Shown one piece after another: positions 17,922 to 29,900 of a stretch of DNA of 64,000 nucleotides. Source of the DNA: Phycisphaerae bacterium (lineage in GTDB: Bacteria > Planctomycetota > Phycisphaerae > SM23-33); NCBI GenBank assembly GCA_041687095.1, contig JAWLCQ010000004.1, positions 19,194 to 83,193 on the forward strand, in the 5' to 3' direction. The notes beneath the pieces were generated by a model. It searched no databases. It was not told where the DNA came from and saw nothing but the letters and a program-made list of their open reading frames with translations. How positions within the stretch are numbered: the first letter of the stretch is position 1; each line of letters opens with the position of its first letter. Both the position numbers and the translations under genes were made by a program.

Positions 17922-18914
17922 CTACCGAACGCCCTCGCCCAACAGCTCTCCCAGCACAACCGCGACATTGGCGCCGTAGAAGGCAAAGCCCGCGGTGTTG
18001 GGGTGGCAGCCGTCGATGAGCATCGCCGGGCCCGGGGGGACGAGGCGCTCGCGAGGGACCCAGGTGAGACCGCCCAGCGAGGACACGATGTCGCGGAGGT
18101 GGCGGCGGTAGTCGGCGAAGGTCTGCCCGGTGGGATTGGTGCGGGAGGGATCGGTGTCCCCGCCAGCGTACCAGAGCGGTTCGAGGACGGCGGTGGGAGC
18201 GTGCGGGTAGTAGTCGCGGAGGCGATGGAGGAAGGCTTTCGCCAGTTCGGGGGAGCTACCGCGGTTCCAGTCGTTCACCCCGTAGGCGACGGTGATCGCG
18301 TCGGGGGCGTGCGGCAGGGGCGGTTCGGGGATGCTGTCCGCGTCGAACACCGCCCCCCCGACCCCGGTGTTGTGCAGCGACAGGCCCGTGGCGCGGGCGG
18401 CGATGGCGGGGTAGCACAGCGAGGGGAACGGGGTCTCCATGCCCTGCGTGATCGAGTCGCCCATCGCCAGGTACGTGCCCGTGCGCGGGCGCGGGCGGCA
18501 GGCGGATCCGTCGGGCAGCGAGATCGCCAGGGAAGTGACGATCCGCATCTGCGGCAGCCACAGCTCCACGCTCCGCACGCCCTGCCCGGGCAGGACGATC
18601 ATCTCACTGACGGGCGACCCGTCGTCGCTCCCCACCGACGCCACCGCGAGCCCGTCGACGTAGCAGTCGAATCGCCCCGCCGAGCGCGAGAACTTCCCGA
18701 GCGTCGCGTCCAGGTGCAGGCGGTCGGCGTCGGTCGCGAAGGCGACGCGGACACCGGCGGGGCAGCGGGCGCGGATCCACCACCCCTCCGTCGCCGACCA
18801 GTACGCCATCGCCCCCGCCCCGAACCGCCGCAGCAGCAGCCCCCCCTCCTCGCCCTCGACCGCCAGCACGCCCTGCACGCACTCCGCCAGTTGTTCCGTC
18901 GTCAGCGTTCGCAC
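17922..18914 (-). CDS. SGNH/GDSL-family hydrolase (lipase/esterase/carbohydrate esterase-like)
   Basis: Block I GDSITQG with the catalytic Ser; block V DGCHPN (catalytic His) near the C-terminus; GVNDWN block. Confidence 0.7.
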   Translation of the reverse strand: MRTLTTEQLAECVQGVLAVEGEEGGLLLRRFGAGAMAYWSATEGWWIRARCPAGVRVAFATDADRLHLDATLGKFSRSAGRFDCYVDGLAVASVGSDDGSPVSEMIVLPGQGVRSVELWLPQMRIVTSLAISLPDGSACRPRPRTGTYLAMGDSITQGMETPFPSLCYPAIAARATGLSLHNTGVGGAVFDADSIPEPPLPHAPDAITVAYGVNDWNRGSSPELAKAFLHRLRDYYPHAPTAVLEPLWYAGGDTDPSRTNPTGQTFADYRRHLRDIVSSLGGLTWVPRERLVPPGPAMLIDGCHPNTAGFAFYGANVAVVLGELLGEGVR

Positions 18915-19032
18915 TCGTTGCTCCCTTCAATTCCACGCGTCGCGGTGACGCGCAGAAGATACCGCCGAAGCGATCCTGTTGCACGCGCCTCGCGAACAGC
19001 GGAACCGGCCCGGGAATGAACTGGAATGCGTG

Positions 19033-20713
19033 TCACACTGCCCGCGTGGATGGCCAGGCCAGTTCCACGCCCTGGGCGACCAGTTCCTGCTGGAACTCGT
19101 GCAACTCCTCGGGGTGCTCGCGGAGGGCGTGGGGTTCGGTGGAGTGGTTGAGGCACCAGCCCGCCAGCAGCCCCGCGGACTCGCCCACGTTCCACTCCAC
19201 CGGGTGCAGGCGGTAGCACCCGTTGGTGATGTGCGTGGTCCCGATGTTCTTGGCGGCAGGCAGGAGGTTCCGCATTCGTACCGGCAGCAGCGCCCCCAGC
19301 GGGATGCGGAACGGGAGCGAGGAGATGTCGATGTAGTTGTCGCCCCCCGTGCTCATGTGCAGGTCGATGCGGTAGCAGCCCACGCCCACGGTGTCGGCGA
19401 AGGGTTCGGCGAGGGTATCGGCGAGGGCGGTCGGGGCGTGCGGGGTGCGGTGCGGGATCGGGTTCACGCCCAGCCGCACCTGCGTCCCCACGTGCTGCTC
19501 CAGGACGCGGAAGACGGGCACGATGCGGCGGGACTCGCGGATGTAGGGGTACTTCGCCAGCCCGTCGCGCGTCCCGACGAGTTCGGGGCACAGGCACAGC
19601 CCCGGATACCCGCAGCGCCCGTCGGGGCGGGGCGCCTCCGTCTGCAGCCAGTACAGCAGGCTCAGCGAGAGCTGCCTGGCGTCGTGGAGGCTGCGGGCGG
19701 ACTCGTCGGGGGGCACGTCGATCACGCGCCCGGCGAAGTAGTCGTTCATCGGCCAGTTGACGAGCGTGACCTCGTCGGGGGCGTCGGAGGGGGCGTAGTG
19801 GTCGCGGGTGGTGATGCGGCGGTACAGCCAGCGGGCGTACTCCGCCCCCGTCGCCTCGTGCGGGAACAGGACGTTGCGGCGGGGCTCGAGCGTCCAGGGC
19901 AGAACGTCGGTGAACGAGATCAGCTCCCCGCACCACGGGGGCGTGAGCGGGGGCACGTAGCTTCGCCAGCGGTCGTACTGGGCGGGGCGATCGATGGTGT
20001 GGTCCGCCCCCTCGCGGGTGTCGTGCGCCATGGGGAAGCACCAGGTGATGGCCTGGCAGTTGGCGGGATCGGCGACGGACGGGGCGTGGGGCTCCCCGGT
20101 GTCGGACTGGGCCTCCGCACCGGTGACGTACTCCACACCCGCCAGCGGCAGCAGGTCGCCCAGTTCCGTCGCGTCGAGGACGAAGGCGGCGTCGATGGTC
20201 ACCTCGCCCCCGTCGTCGAGGGAGCGGAGCGTCACCGAGCGGACGCGGTCACCGTCGGTGTCGCACGCGATCGGCTGGTGGCGGAGCAGCACGCGCAGGC
20301 GGCCGCTCGCCCGCGGGTACGCGAGCATCTGCTCGATCACCGCCAGCGCCACGCCCGGAAGGCAGCACAGGCGGCTGACGTGCCCGCCCCCGGGGTTGAG
20401 GAAGCGGTCGGCCCTGGCGCGGGCGGTGAGCGGGAAGTGCTCGCGGTAGTACTGGCGGACCCCGTCGCGGAACGCGCGGTAGCGCTGGGTGCATCCGAAG
20501 CTCTCGATCCAGGGGTGCTCGTCGGGCGGGACGGCCTGGCTGGTGAGCTGCCCGCCCAGCCAGTCCGTCTCCTCGGTGAGGATCACCGACCGCCCCATCG
20601 CGCACGCCCCCATCGCCGCCGCCACGCCCCCCGTCCCGCCCCCGACGATCAGCACGTCGCACTGCACGACTTCGCCACCCTCCCTCTGCCCGCCGCCTGC
20701 ACCGTCCACCATC
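19033..20713 (-). CDS. FAD-dependent oxidoreductase (FAD_oxidored family with GxGxxG Rossmann N-terminus)
   Basis: CDVLIVGGGTGGVAAAMGA dinucleotide-binding motif. Start at the internal ATG (20713) with AAAGGAGG 7 nt upstream; the ORF track start is 20739. Confidence 0.75.
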
Positions 20714-20832
20714 GCACCGCCTCCTTTCCCGCCACGCACCGTAGCGGCCGCCGCATTCTAGTCCGCCCGCGGCGGACGTTCCCATCTCAAGGAAATCCCA
20801 AGACGGCCAAAACCAGAAAGGGACCAGAAGAA

Positions 20833-20875
20833 AAGCCCGTCGGGGCCGGCGGTGAAGGCGGCCCCGACGGGCGGG
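20833..20875 (-). terminator. rho-independent-type terminator downstream of the giant gene (13-bp stem gcccgtcggggcc/ggccccgacgggc)
   Basis: Perfect 13-bp GC stem with a 12-nt loop, followed on the minus strand by a T-rich tract (ttttcttctggtccctttctggtttt). About 65 bp past the giant gene stop. Confidence 0.5.
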
Positions 20876-20937
20876 GGTGCGGGCGTTCGTCTCGGTGCGG
20901 CCCGGGCGCTCGGTAGCGGAGGCCGGGCCGGTAGCGT

Positions 20938-23900
20938 CTAGATCAGGGCCAGCAGGTCCACGACCTCCTCGTCGGCGGTGTCGAAGAGCTTTCGCGTGCC
21001 CGCCTCGAGCGTCTCGGACATCACGTCGGCCGAGCCGGGATCCTCGTGGGCCACACCCAGCACGTGGCCCAACTCGTGGCGGAGGACCGTCAACAGATCG
21101 ATCGCCCCGGCGGCGGGGGAGGTGTCCGTGGCGGACAGCCCTCCGGCGGTCTCGGTGGTGAACTCGGCGTTGTCGAGGGGGGTCTCGTCGATGAACCAGC
21201 CATAGCCGGCGGCGTCATCGTCGAGGTAGATCACGCCTCTGTCCTCGTAGGCCAGCAGGGATCCGCCCAGGTCGGTGATAACGAACCGGACACCGGCGAG
21301 GAGTTGGGAGAGGTCGGCGTTGAGGGCAGCTTCCCAGTCGGCGATGGCGGTTTGGACGAGGTCGTCGCTCGGAGCGTCGGAGAGGGTCACCCCGGTGGGT
21401 TCGGCCGTCGTGGGGGCCGTGGCGACCTGCATCGCCGCCTGCCCAAAGACCATGTACCCCAACTGCTCGGTGGTGTGGTTGCGCTCGGAGTCGCCGATCA
21501 TGTCCTCGTTCACGGCGAGGTCGATGTCCGTGGTGGTCACCGGGGCCGGGCCGTACAGCATGGCCCAGCCGCCGTCGGCGCCGTCCATGGCGTTCTGGCT
21601 CACCGTCGCCGACGAGACCGTCGCGAACCCGCTGATGGTGTAGCTGTACGGGGGCGTGTCGCTGATGCCCTGCACAGTGTCCGCTCCGAGGGCCGCCACG
21701 TAGTCCACGCCGTTGATGGTTCCGCTGCCAGATTCGATCACGATGTACCCGATGGTCTCATCGCTGCGGGTGGTGTCGGAGTCCTCGCCCACGTGCTTGC
21801 CGGTGCGAAGCGTCGTCGAGGTGGGCGGGGTGGAGGAGCTGGTTCCGCGGCACCAGAAGACGGACCAGTCGGTGTCGTTGTAGCTCATCACCTGCCCCAG
21901 GACCACGGGGGTGGTGTAGCTGTTGGCGTAGGTCCGGGATTGGCCGTTCCAACTGCTCTTGCGGTCGGTGACGGTGGAGGTGTACTTGACGGCCTCCATC
22001 TTCACCCCGTCGTTGGCGACGGTATAGACGCCCTCCTCGACCACCATGTAGTGGACGGTGATCCCGGTGACGTCGCCGGTCTGCCCATCGGCCCGGTCGA
22101 CGCGGACCTGGAAGCTGTTGCCCGAGGCGTTCTGCACGCGGGCGGCGATGGGAGGCAGCGTGCCGTTGTGCACCACCGTGCAGACCACGACCATCGAGTT
22201 GTAGTCGTTGGCGAGGTTCACGGTGGTCCAGCCGGTGTTGCTCACGGTGGTGACGACGCCCTCGAGGAGCTTCGGCCCGGCGGGGTCGTCGTCGGCGATC
22301 GTCACCGTATCACTGGACGGGGTGCCGATGGTGTAGGCGGCGTCGGTGGAGAGCGTGAGCACCACCGTCTCGTCGCCCTCGTGATCGGCGTCGTCGACGG
22401 GGGTGACGGTGATGACGGCCGAGCTGTTCCCATCGGCGATGACCACACTGCCGGTGAGGGTGGCGTAGTCGCTCGTGTTCGTGGCCGTCCCGCCGATCGA
22501 GTAGTACACGGTCAGGTCGCCGCTGGTCTGGTCCCGCGTGACGGTGAACTGCCCGGTCTCGGAGGACTCCTCGGCGGCGGAGGCGTCGGTGGCGGTCAGG
22601 GTGACGGTGGGGGTGTCCGACACGGTCCAGACGACCTGGGCGTGGCCCTGCTGGGGGTCGTACGTCTGGGTGCGGGGGGCGTCGAGGTAGATGGTCCCGT
22701 TGAGGGTCGCCTGGCTCTTGGCCTGGTTGATGGTGAGGGTGTACCCATTGAGGGCCAACTGCGTTCCGCCGGCCATGTCGAGGGCGCCGATCTCCTGGTT
22801 GCCCGTGAGCTTGACGATGCCCTTCTGCCGCAGCAGCAGTTCGGAGCCCGACAGGTCCTCGCTCGTCAGGACCGTCGCCTGGTCGTCGACGGTGTCCCCG
22901 TTGCGGTCGAAGCTGTCGATGATGACCTGGCCCTCGCCGCTCGCCTGGTCGCCCGTCTGCAGGTAGATCGTGCCCGCCGACGCATGGGCGCTGCTGGCCC
23001 CGCCGGTCCCGGGCTGGGCGTTGAAGCTCCCGGTGTACCCCGAGAACGTGTTGCCGGTCCCGGTGAGGACGACGGCGATCCGCCCGCCGCCGCCGTCGCC
23101 CGTGTTCGACCCGCCGGTGGAGTCCCCGCCCTTGGCGGCGACGCTGCCGGACCCGCTGATCGACGCGGTGGACAGGTACACGCTCCCGCCCGCTCCCGCC
23201 CGGGTGTAGGTCTGCAGCGGGGCGTTCACGTTGGCGAGGATGCTGCCGTTGATGGTGGAGCTGCCGGCGACGGTGAGGTAGACGGACCCGCCGCCCTCAT
23301 GCTGCCAGTCGCTCGTGCTGCCCCCGCCCATCCCGTGCAGCGTGGGGGCGAAGATCGAGTCGTAGACCGGCCCGCCGGTCCAGCTCGATCCCGTCCCGCC
23401 GAGCCCCCCGTGCGACGCCCCGCCGTTGTAGTTGGGGTAACCCGGGCGGTAGCCCTTGCTCGTCACGTCGATCGCCCCGCCCGACCCGATCGTCAGGTTC
23501 CCGCCCACGTCCACGCGGAGGCGGTACTGGTCGGGGTTGGCCTCGCTGTAGCCCTTGCCGTTAAGCTCCTGCGTCCACGTCCCCCCGCTGATCTCCAGGT
23601 CGCCCGTGATGCTCATGACCGTGAACGTGGCGGAGTAGGCGGAGTAGGTGGTCGGAATCGTCACGGTCCCCGTGTACCCGGACGCCTGCGCCCAGTCGCT
23701 CACGGTGTACGTCACGTCCCAGTACAGGTCCTTGGTGCTCGTGGCGTCCAGGGCGATGTCCACCCCGTTGGCGAGGGCGTCCCCGGCCCAGTTGTAGGGG
23801 TTGGAGGCGAGGGTGTCGTCGCCCTGACCGACCCACCAGGCGGTCCCGGCGGGAACGTCGTTGTCTTCGATAACGACCGTCGCCTCGCTGTTGGCCCCGA

Positions 23901-26900
23901 TCGTGTACCCCGTCCCGCTCGCCAGCGTCAACGTCAGCGGCTCGTCGGTCTCCTTCACCGAGTCGTTGACCGGGGTGATGGTGATCGTCGTGCTGCCCTG
24001 GCCGTTGGGAATCACCACGCTGCCGGTGAGCGTCTGGCTGTAGTCCCCGCTGTCCGCCAGGCCGCTCACGGTGTAGTTGACCGTCAGGTCCCCGCTCGTG
24101 CCCGTGCGGGTGATCGTGAAGACGCCGTCGTCCGGGCCCGTTTCCGATGCGAAGGCGTCGGTGGCGGTGAGGTTCACCTCGACGGCCCCGTCGTTGTCGG
24201 CGATGTCCACGGTGGCGTGATCGGGCGAGCCCACCGTGTACCCGCTGCCGGAGGCGACCGTCAGCAGCACGGTCTCGTCGGCCTCGGTCTCGGCGTCGTC
24301 CACGGGGGTGACGGTGATCGTGGCGCTGGCCTGCCCGTCCGGAATCACCACGCTGCCCGAGAGCGTCGCGTAGTCCGTCGTGTTCGTCGCCGTCCCGCCG
24401 ATGGTGTAGTTCACCGTCAGGTCCCCGCTCGTCAGAGCCGGGCCGCTCCCGCTCCGCGTCACCGTGAACGTCCCGGTGTCCGGGCCGGTCTCGGAGGCGC
24501 TGGAGTCGGTCGCGACGATGGAGACGGAGGGCACGTCGTCGCTGACGATCGTGACCGTGTCGCTCGCCGGGGAACCGATGCTGTACCCGCCCGAGGCGAG
24601 GGTGAGCACCACGGTCTCGTCGGCCTCGATGTCGCTGTCATCCACGGGCGTGACGGTGATCGTCGCCGAGGTCTGCCCATCGGGGATTACCACGCTGCCC
24701 GAGAGCGTCGCGTAGTCGCTCGTGTTGGTGGCCGTCCCGGCGATGGTGTAGTTCACCGTCAGGTCCCCGCTCGTCAGGGCGGGGCCGCTCCCGCTGCGGG
24801 TCACGGTGAACGTCCCGGTCGTCTGGCCGGCCTCGGTGGCCGTCGCGTCCGTCGCGGTGATCGCCACCGTCGGCACGTCGTCGCTGACGATCGTCACCGT
24901 GTCGCTCGCCGGGGAGCCGATGCTGTACCCGCCCGAGGCGAGGGTGAGCAGCACGGTCTCGTCGGCCTCGATGTCGCTGTCGTCCACGGGCGTGATCGTG
25001 ATGACCGCATTCGCCTGACCGTCCGGGATGGTCACGCTGCCCGACAGCGTCGAGTAGTCGGTCGTATTCGTGGCCGTCCCGGCGATCGTGTAGTTCACCG
25101 TCAGGTCCCCACTCGTCAGGGCGGGGCCGCTCCCGCTGCGGGTCACGGTGAACGTCCCGGTCGTCTGGCCGGCCTCGGTGGCCGTCGCGTCGGTGGCGGT
25201 GATCGTCACCGTCGGCACGTCGTCGCTGACGATCGTCACCGTGTCGCTCGCCGGGGAGCCGATGCTGTACCCGCCCGAGGCGAGGGTGAGCAGCACGGTC
25301 TCGTCGGCCTCGATGTCGCTGTCATCCACGGGCGTGACGGTGATCGTCGCCGAGGTCTGCCCATCGGGGATCACCACGCTGCCCGACAGCGTCGCGTAGT
25401 CGCTCGTGTTGGTGGCCGTCCCGGCGATCGTGTAGTTCACCGTCAGGTCGCCCTGGGTGGCGGTGCGGGTCACGGTGAACGTCCCGGTGGTCGGTCCGGC
25501 CTCGGTGGCGGAGGCATCCGTCGCCGTCAGCGTCACCGTGTCCAGGTCGTCGCTGACGATTGTCACCGTGCCTCCCGCGGGAGACCCGACGTTGTACGCC
25601 GCATCGGCCGACAGGGTGAGGACGAGGGTCTCGTCGGGCTCGATGGCCGAGTCGTCGACGGGGGTGATGGTGATCGTCGCCGACGCCTGCCCGTCGGGGA
25701 TGGTGATGGTCCCGCTGAGGGTCTCGCTGTAGTCCCCGCTGCTCGCCGTCCCCCCGACCGTGTAGCGGACCACCAGGTCCCCGCTGGTCGGCCCGGTGCG
25801 GGTCACGGTGAAGGTGCCCGTGGTGGGCCCGGCCTCGGTGGCGATGGGGTCGGTGGCCTCGATCGTGACGGTGGGCCGCAGGACGCGGGTGAAGACGATC
25901 TGCGAGCTTCCGACCTGCGGGTCGTAGGTCTGGGTCTTGGCGGCGTCGAGGTAGATGGTGCCGCTGAAGACCGCCTCCTCGGGGGCGGAGTTGATCGTGA
26001 GGGTGTACCCGCCCAGCAGCAGGTTCGTGCCGCTCGCCATGTCCAACCCGCCGATCACGGTATTGCCCATGAGCTTCCACAGGCCCTGCTGCCGCATGGT
26101 GACCTGGACCTTGCTCATGTCCTCCGCGAGGAACTGGTAGGCGTAGTCGTCCACGGTATCGCCGTAGCGGTTGGCGAAATCGATGACCAGTTCGCCCTGC
26201 CGCGGCCCCTCGGACCCGGCCTGCTTGTAGACCGAGCCCGCGGCCGCCTTGGCGCTGAACCCCCCGCCCGTGCCCGCCTTGGCGGACAGGGTCCCGGTGA
26301 AGTTGGCGAAGGTGCTCGCCGAGCCGGTGAGGATGACGGCGAGGCGTCCGCCGCCGCCGTTATTGGTGTTGGACCCGCCGAGGGAGTTCCCCCCCGCGGT
26401 TTCGATGGCGCCCGAACCGGAGAGGCTGCCGGTCTCGAGGTACACGCTGCCGCCCGCGGCCGCCCGCGAGTACGTCGCCGTCGGGGCGTCCACGTTCGCC
26501 AGGATGCTCCCGTTGATTGTGCTGGTTCCGTTGACGACGAGGAAGACCGAGCCGCCCCCCGAGAAGTTCGTCGCGCTGACCGACCCCCCGCCCGTGCCGT
26601 GGTAGAGCGGCATGAACGGATCGTCGTAGGGCGTGGCGGGGTAGCTGCTCCGCCCGCCGTGCGTCCCCCCGCCGTTGTAGTTCGGCTTGCCCTCGACGTA
26701 GCCCTTGCTCGTCACGTCGATGGACACCCCACTCGCCACCGTGAGGTTCCCGTACACCATGGCGTTGAGGCGGTACTCGTCGCGGCCGGACTCGCTGTAG
26801 CCCTTGGTGTTGGCGATATGCGTCCACTTGCCGCCCTGGAGATCCACGTTGCCCGAGACGTAGAACGTCGTGAACGTGGAGGAGAAGGTCGAGTACGTCG

Positions 26901-29900
26901 TGCCGATCGTGACCGTCCCGGTGTAGGCGGAGGTCTGGGTCCAGTCGTCGATGTTGTAGGTGACGTCCCAGACCAGGTCGGCGGTGCTGGTTCCGTCGAG
27001 CAGCACGTCCACCCCGTGGTCCAGGGCGCCCGACCAGTTGTTCGGGTTGCTCGCCAGCCCGTCGCCCCCGCCGTTGGTCCACGTGACCGTCGCGGCGGAG
27101 AAGTCGTCGTCGAGGATCCGCCCCGTGGCGCTGTTGGGGGCGCCCAGCGTGTAGGTGGGGCTGGTTGTGAGGGTCAGCTTGAGCTGCTCGTGCCCCTCGC
27201 GGGCCCCGTCGTTCACGGGGGTGACGACGATGTCAGCGTACAGTTCCCCGTCAGGGATGGTGATCGTCCCGCCCAGAGTCTCGCTGTAGTCGCCCGCGCT
27301 CGCGTTGCCGCTCACCCCGTACATCACCACCAGGTCGCCCGACGCGATGTCGCCCGGGCCGCTGCGGCTGATGCGGAAGCTCATCGTCCCGTTGCCCGCC
27401 TCGCTGCCCGAGGCGTCGGTGGCGGTGATGGAGACGACCGGCTTGTCGTCGCTGGTGATGTTCACCACCCCGCTGTAGGGCGAGCCGATCTGGTAGGCCG
27501 CGTCGGAGGCCAACTGCACGCTCACCGACTCGCTGCCCTCGATCTCATCGTCGTCGATCGGGGTGACGGTGATGACGGCCGAGTTCTGCCCGCTGGGGAT
27601 CACCACCGATCCGGTCAGCGTAACGTAGTCGCTGCCGTTCGTCGCCGACCCCCCGATGGTGTAGTACACCGTCAGGTCCCCGCCCGTGAAGCTGCGGGTG
27701 ACGGTGAACGCCCCCGTCGCCAGGCCCGCCTCGGCGGCGGTGCTGTCCGTCGCCGACAGCGTGACGGTCGGAATCCCGTCGTTGTCCCCGATCGTCACGG
27801 TCCCGCTGATGACGGCCCCGCGGGCGTAGGCGTCGTCCTTGGCGAGCGTGAGGATCAGCGTCTCGGGGCCCTCGACCTCCTGGTCGTCCACGGGCGTGAC
27901 GGTCACGACCACGGAGGACTGCCCGTCGGGGATCACCACGCTGCCCGTCAGCGTGGGGGTGTAGTCGCCGCTGCCGGCCGTCCCGCCGACCGTGTAGTGA
28001 ACCGTCAGGTCCCCGCTGGTGCCCGTGCGCGTCACCGTGAAACTGCCGGTATCGGTCCCCTGCTCGTGGGCCGAGGTGTCGGTGGCCTCCAGGGTGACGG
28101 TGGTCCAGGTGCCCGTGAGCACCACGCTGGCGCCCTGGATCTCCAGGCGGCACCCGCTCCAGCCCGTCGTCCCGTAGTCGAGCACCACGCCCGAAAGGTC
28201 CGGGGCGGTCCCACTGAAGGTGAACAGGACGTGGTCCTCCGTCACGAAGCCCCCGTCGTCCACCAGCTTGAGCGTCCAGGTGCTGCCGCCGTAGGGCAGC
28301 GTGACCACGCCGCTGACGGAGATCGAGTCGCTCACGGTGTCGCCCAGGGAGCACTCGTAGGTCGCCCCGTTCTCCAGCGTGAGGTCCCCGGTGATGGACA
28401 TCGCCCCGGTGGCGCTTCCGGGGGCGATCGTCCCACCGCTCGCCACCGTCACGCTCCCGCTCACCGCCCCCCCGCCCGAGAGCCTCAGCCCGCTGGCGAC
28501 GGTGACGGGCCCGACGAGCGTCCCGCCCGTGTTGACCGTGACGTTCGCGTTGAGGGCGTCGGTAACGCTGGCCGTCAGCTTGCTGCCGGACTGGACCGTC
28601 ACCGGGATCCCGCCCAGGCCCCCGGTGTAGGTGACCATCATCTCGCCCGTCCGCGTCCCGTCCCCGACGATCCACTCGCTGATGGCGTTGGAGTACGCGG
28701 GGGCGGAGCTGTCGAGCACGAAGCGGCCGCGGCCCTGCCCGTCGAGGACGCGCCCGACCACCTTGTTCCCGCCCGTGAGCACGAACGTCGGGCAGTACGT
28801 GTCCAACCCGAGCAGCAGCCGCTCCTCCGACCCGTACGCGTTGCCCGCCGAGAGGAAGACCATCTCGGTGAACCCGTTGCTGCCGTCGACGTTGATCGTG
28901 CCCTGCTGCAGGCGGCGGGTCACCTCGCTGGTGCTCGTGCTGAACGCGCTGGTCTGCCGCGCGATGCCCATCCACGGCGAGCCGTTGCCGATGTTCAGCG
29001 TGAAGGCGGGATCGTTGAAGTTGTTGCCCAGGCCGAACAGCAGGTCATGGGCGGTTCCGAGGTTCTGGATGGAGCTGGTGCTGACCGTGGTGTGGCAAAC
29101 CACCGCGCCCGTGGACAGGATGGCCTCGGGCGTCGTCGGGCTCCCGCTGAAGCTGCTGACGCGGTAGACCGACCCGAGTTGCGCGCTGGACCCGCGGATC
29201 TGCCCGAACTCCGAGACCGTGAAGCGGTCGGGCGTGCTGGACCATGTGCCCACCAGGTTGATCGTCCCGTGGTCCTCGGCGGTGATCCCCGCCGTCACGC
29301 CCCCCACGGCCGTCTGGGCGCCCCACGTGTAGCTCACCAGCCCCCCGATCCCGCGGACGGTCACCGGGCCCGTGCCCAGGGCCCCGGCGACGGTGGCGTT
29401 GAGTTCGGTCACGCGGCGCTGCCCGGAGACGTGGTCGACGAGGAACCCGCCCGAGAAGTTGGGCTGGGCGGCGGAGAGATGCATCTGCGTCCCGTACGTC
29501 ATCGCCCGCAGCGTCACCAGTCCGCTGCCCTGGAGCTGGTCGGCGTCGTCGAAGACGATGTCGTCGCTGTTGGCGTAGAACGTCGCCCCGCCCTCACCGA
29601 TGGTGACCGTCCGCCCCGACGCGGGGTTGAAGTCCCCCCCGTTCGTGCCGATGCTCACCAGCACCCCGCCCCCGAGCGTGAGGTCGTTGGCGCTGTTGCC
29701 GAAGATCGTGTCCGCCCCGGCGGTGCTGTACAGGAACGTCCCGCCGCTGATGGAGATGGGACCGGTGAAGTCGCTGAGGGTGTTCCCGAAGGCGTAGGTC
29801 CCGCCCCCGAAGAAGTTCACCCCGCTCGCCGTTCCGCTCACCGGGCAGGTGATCGTGTGCGTCTTGCCCGAGCGGGCGTTGACGTTCAGCGTCCCGTTGC

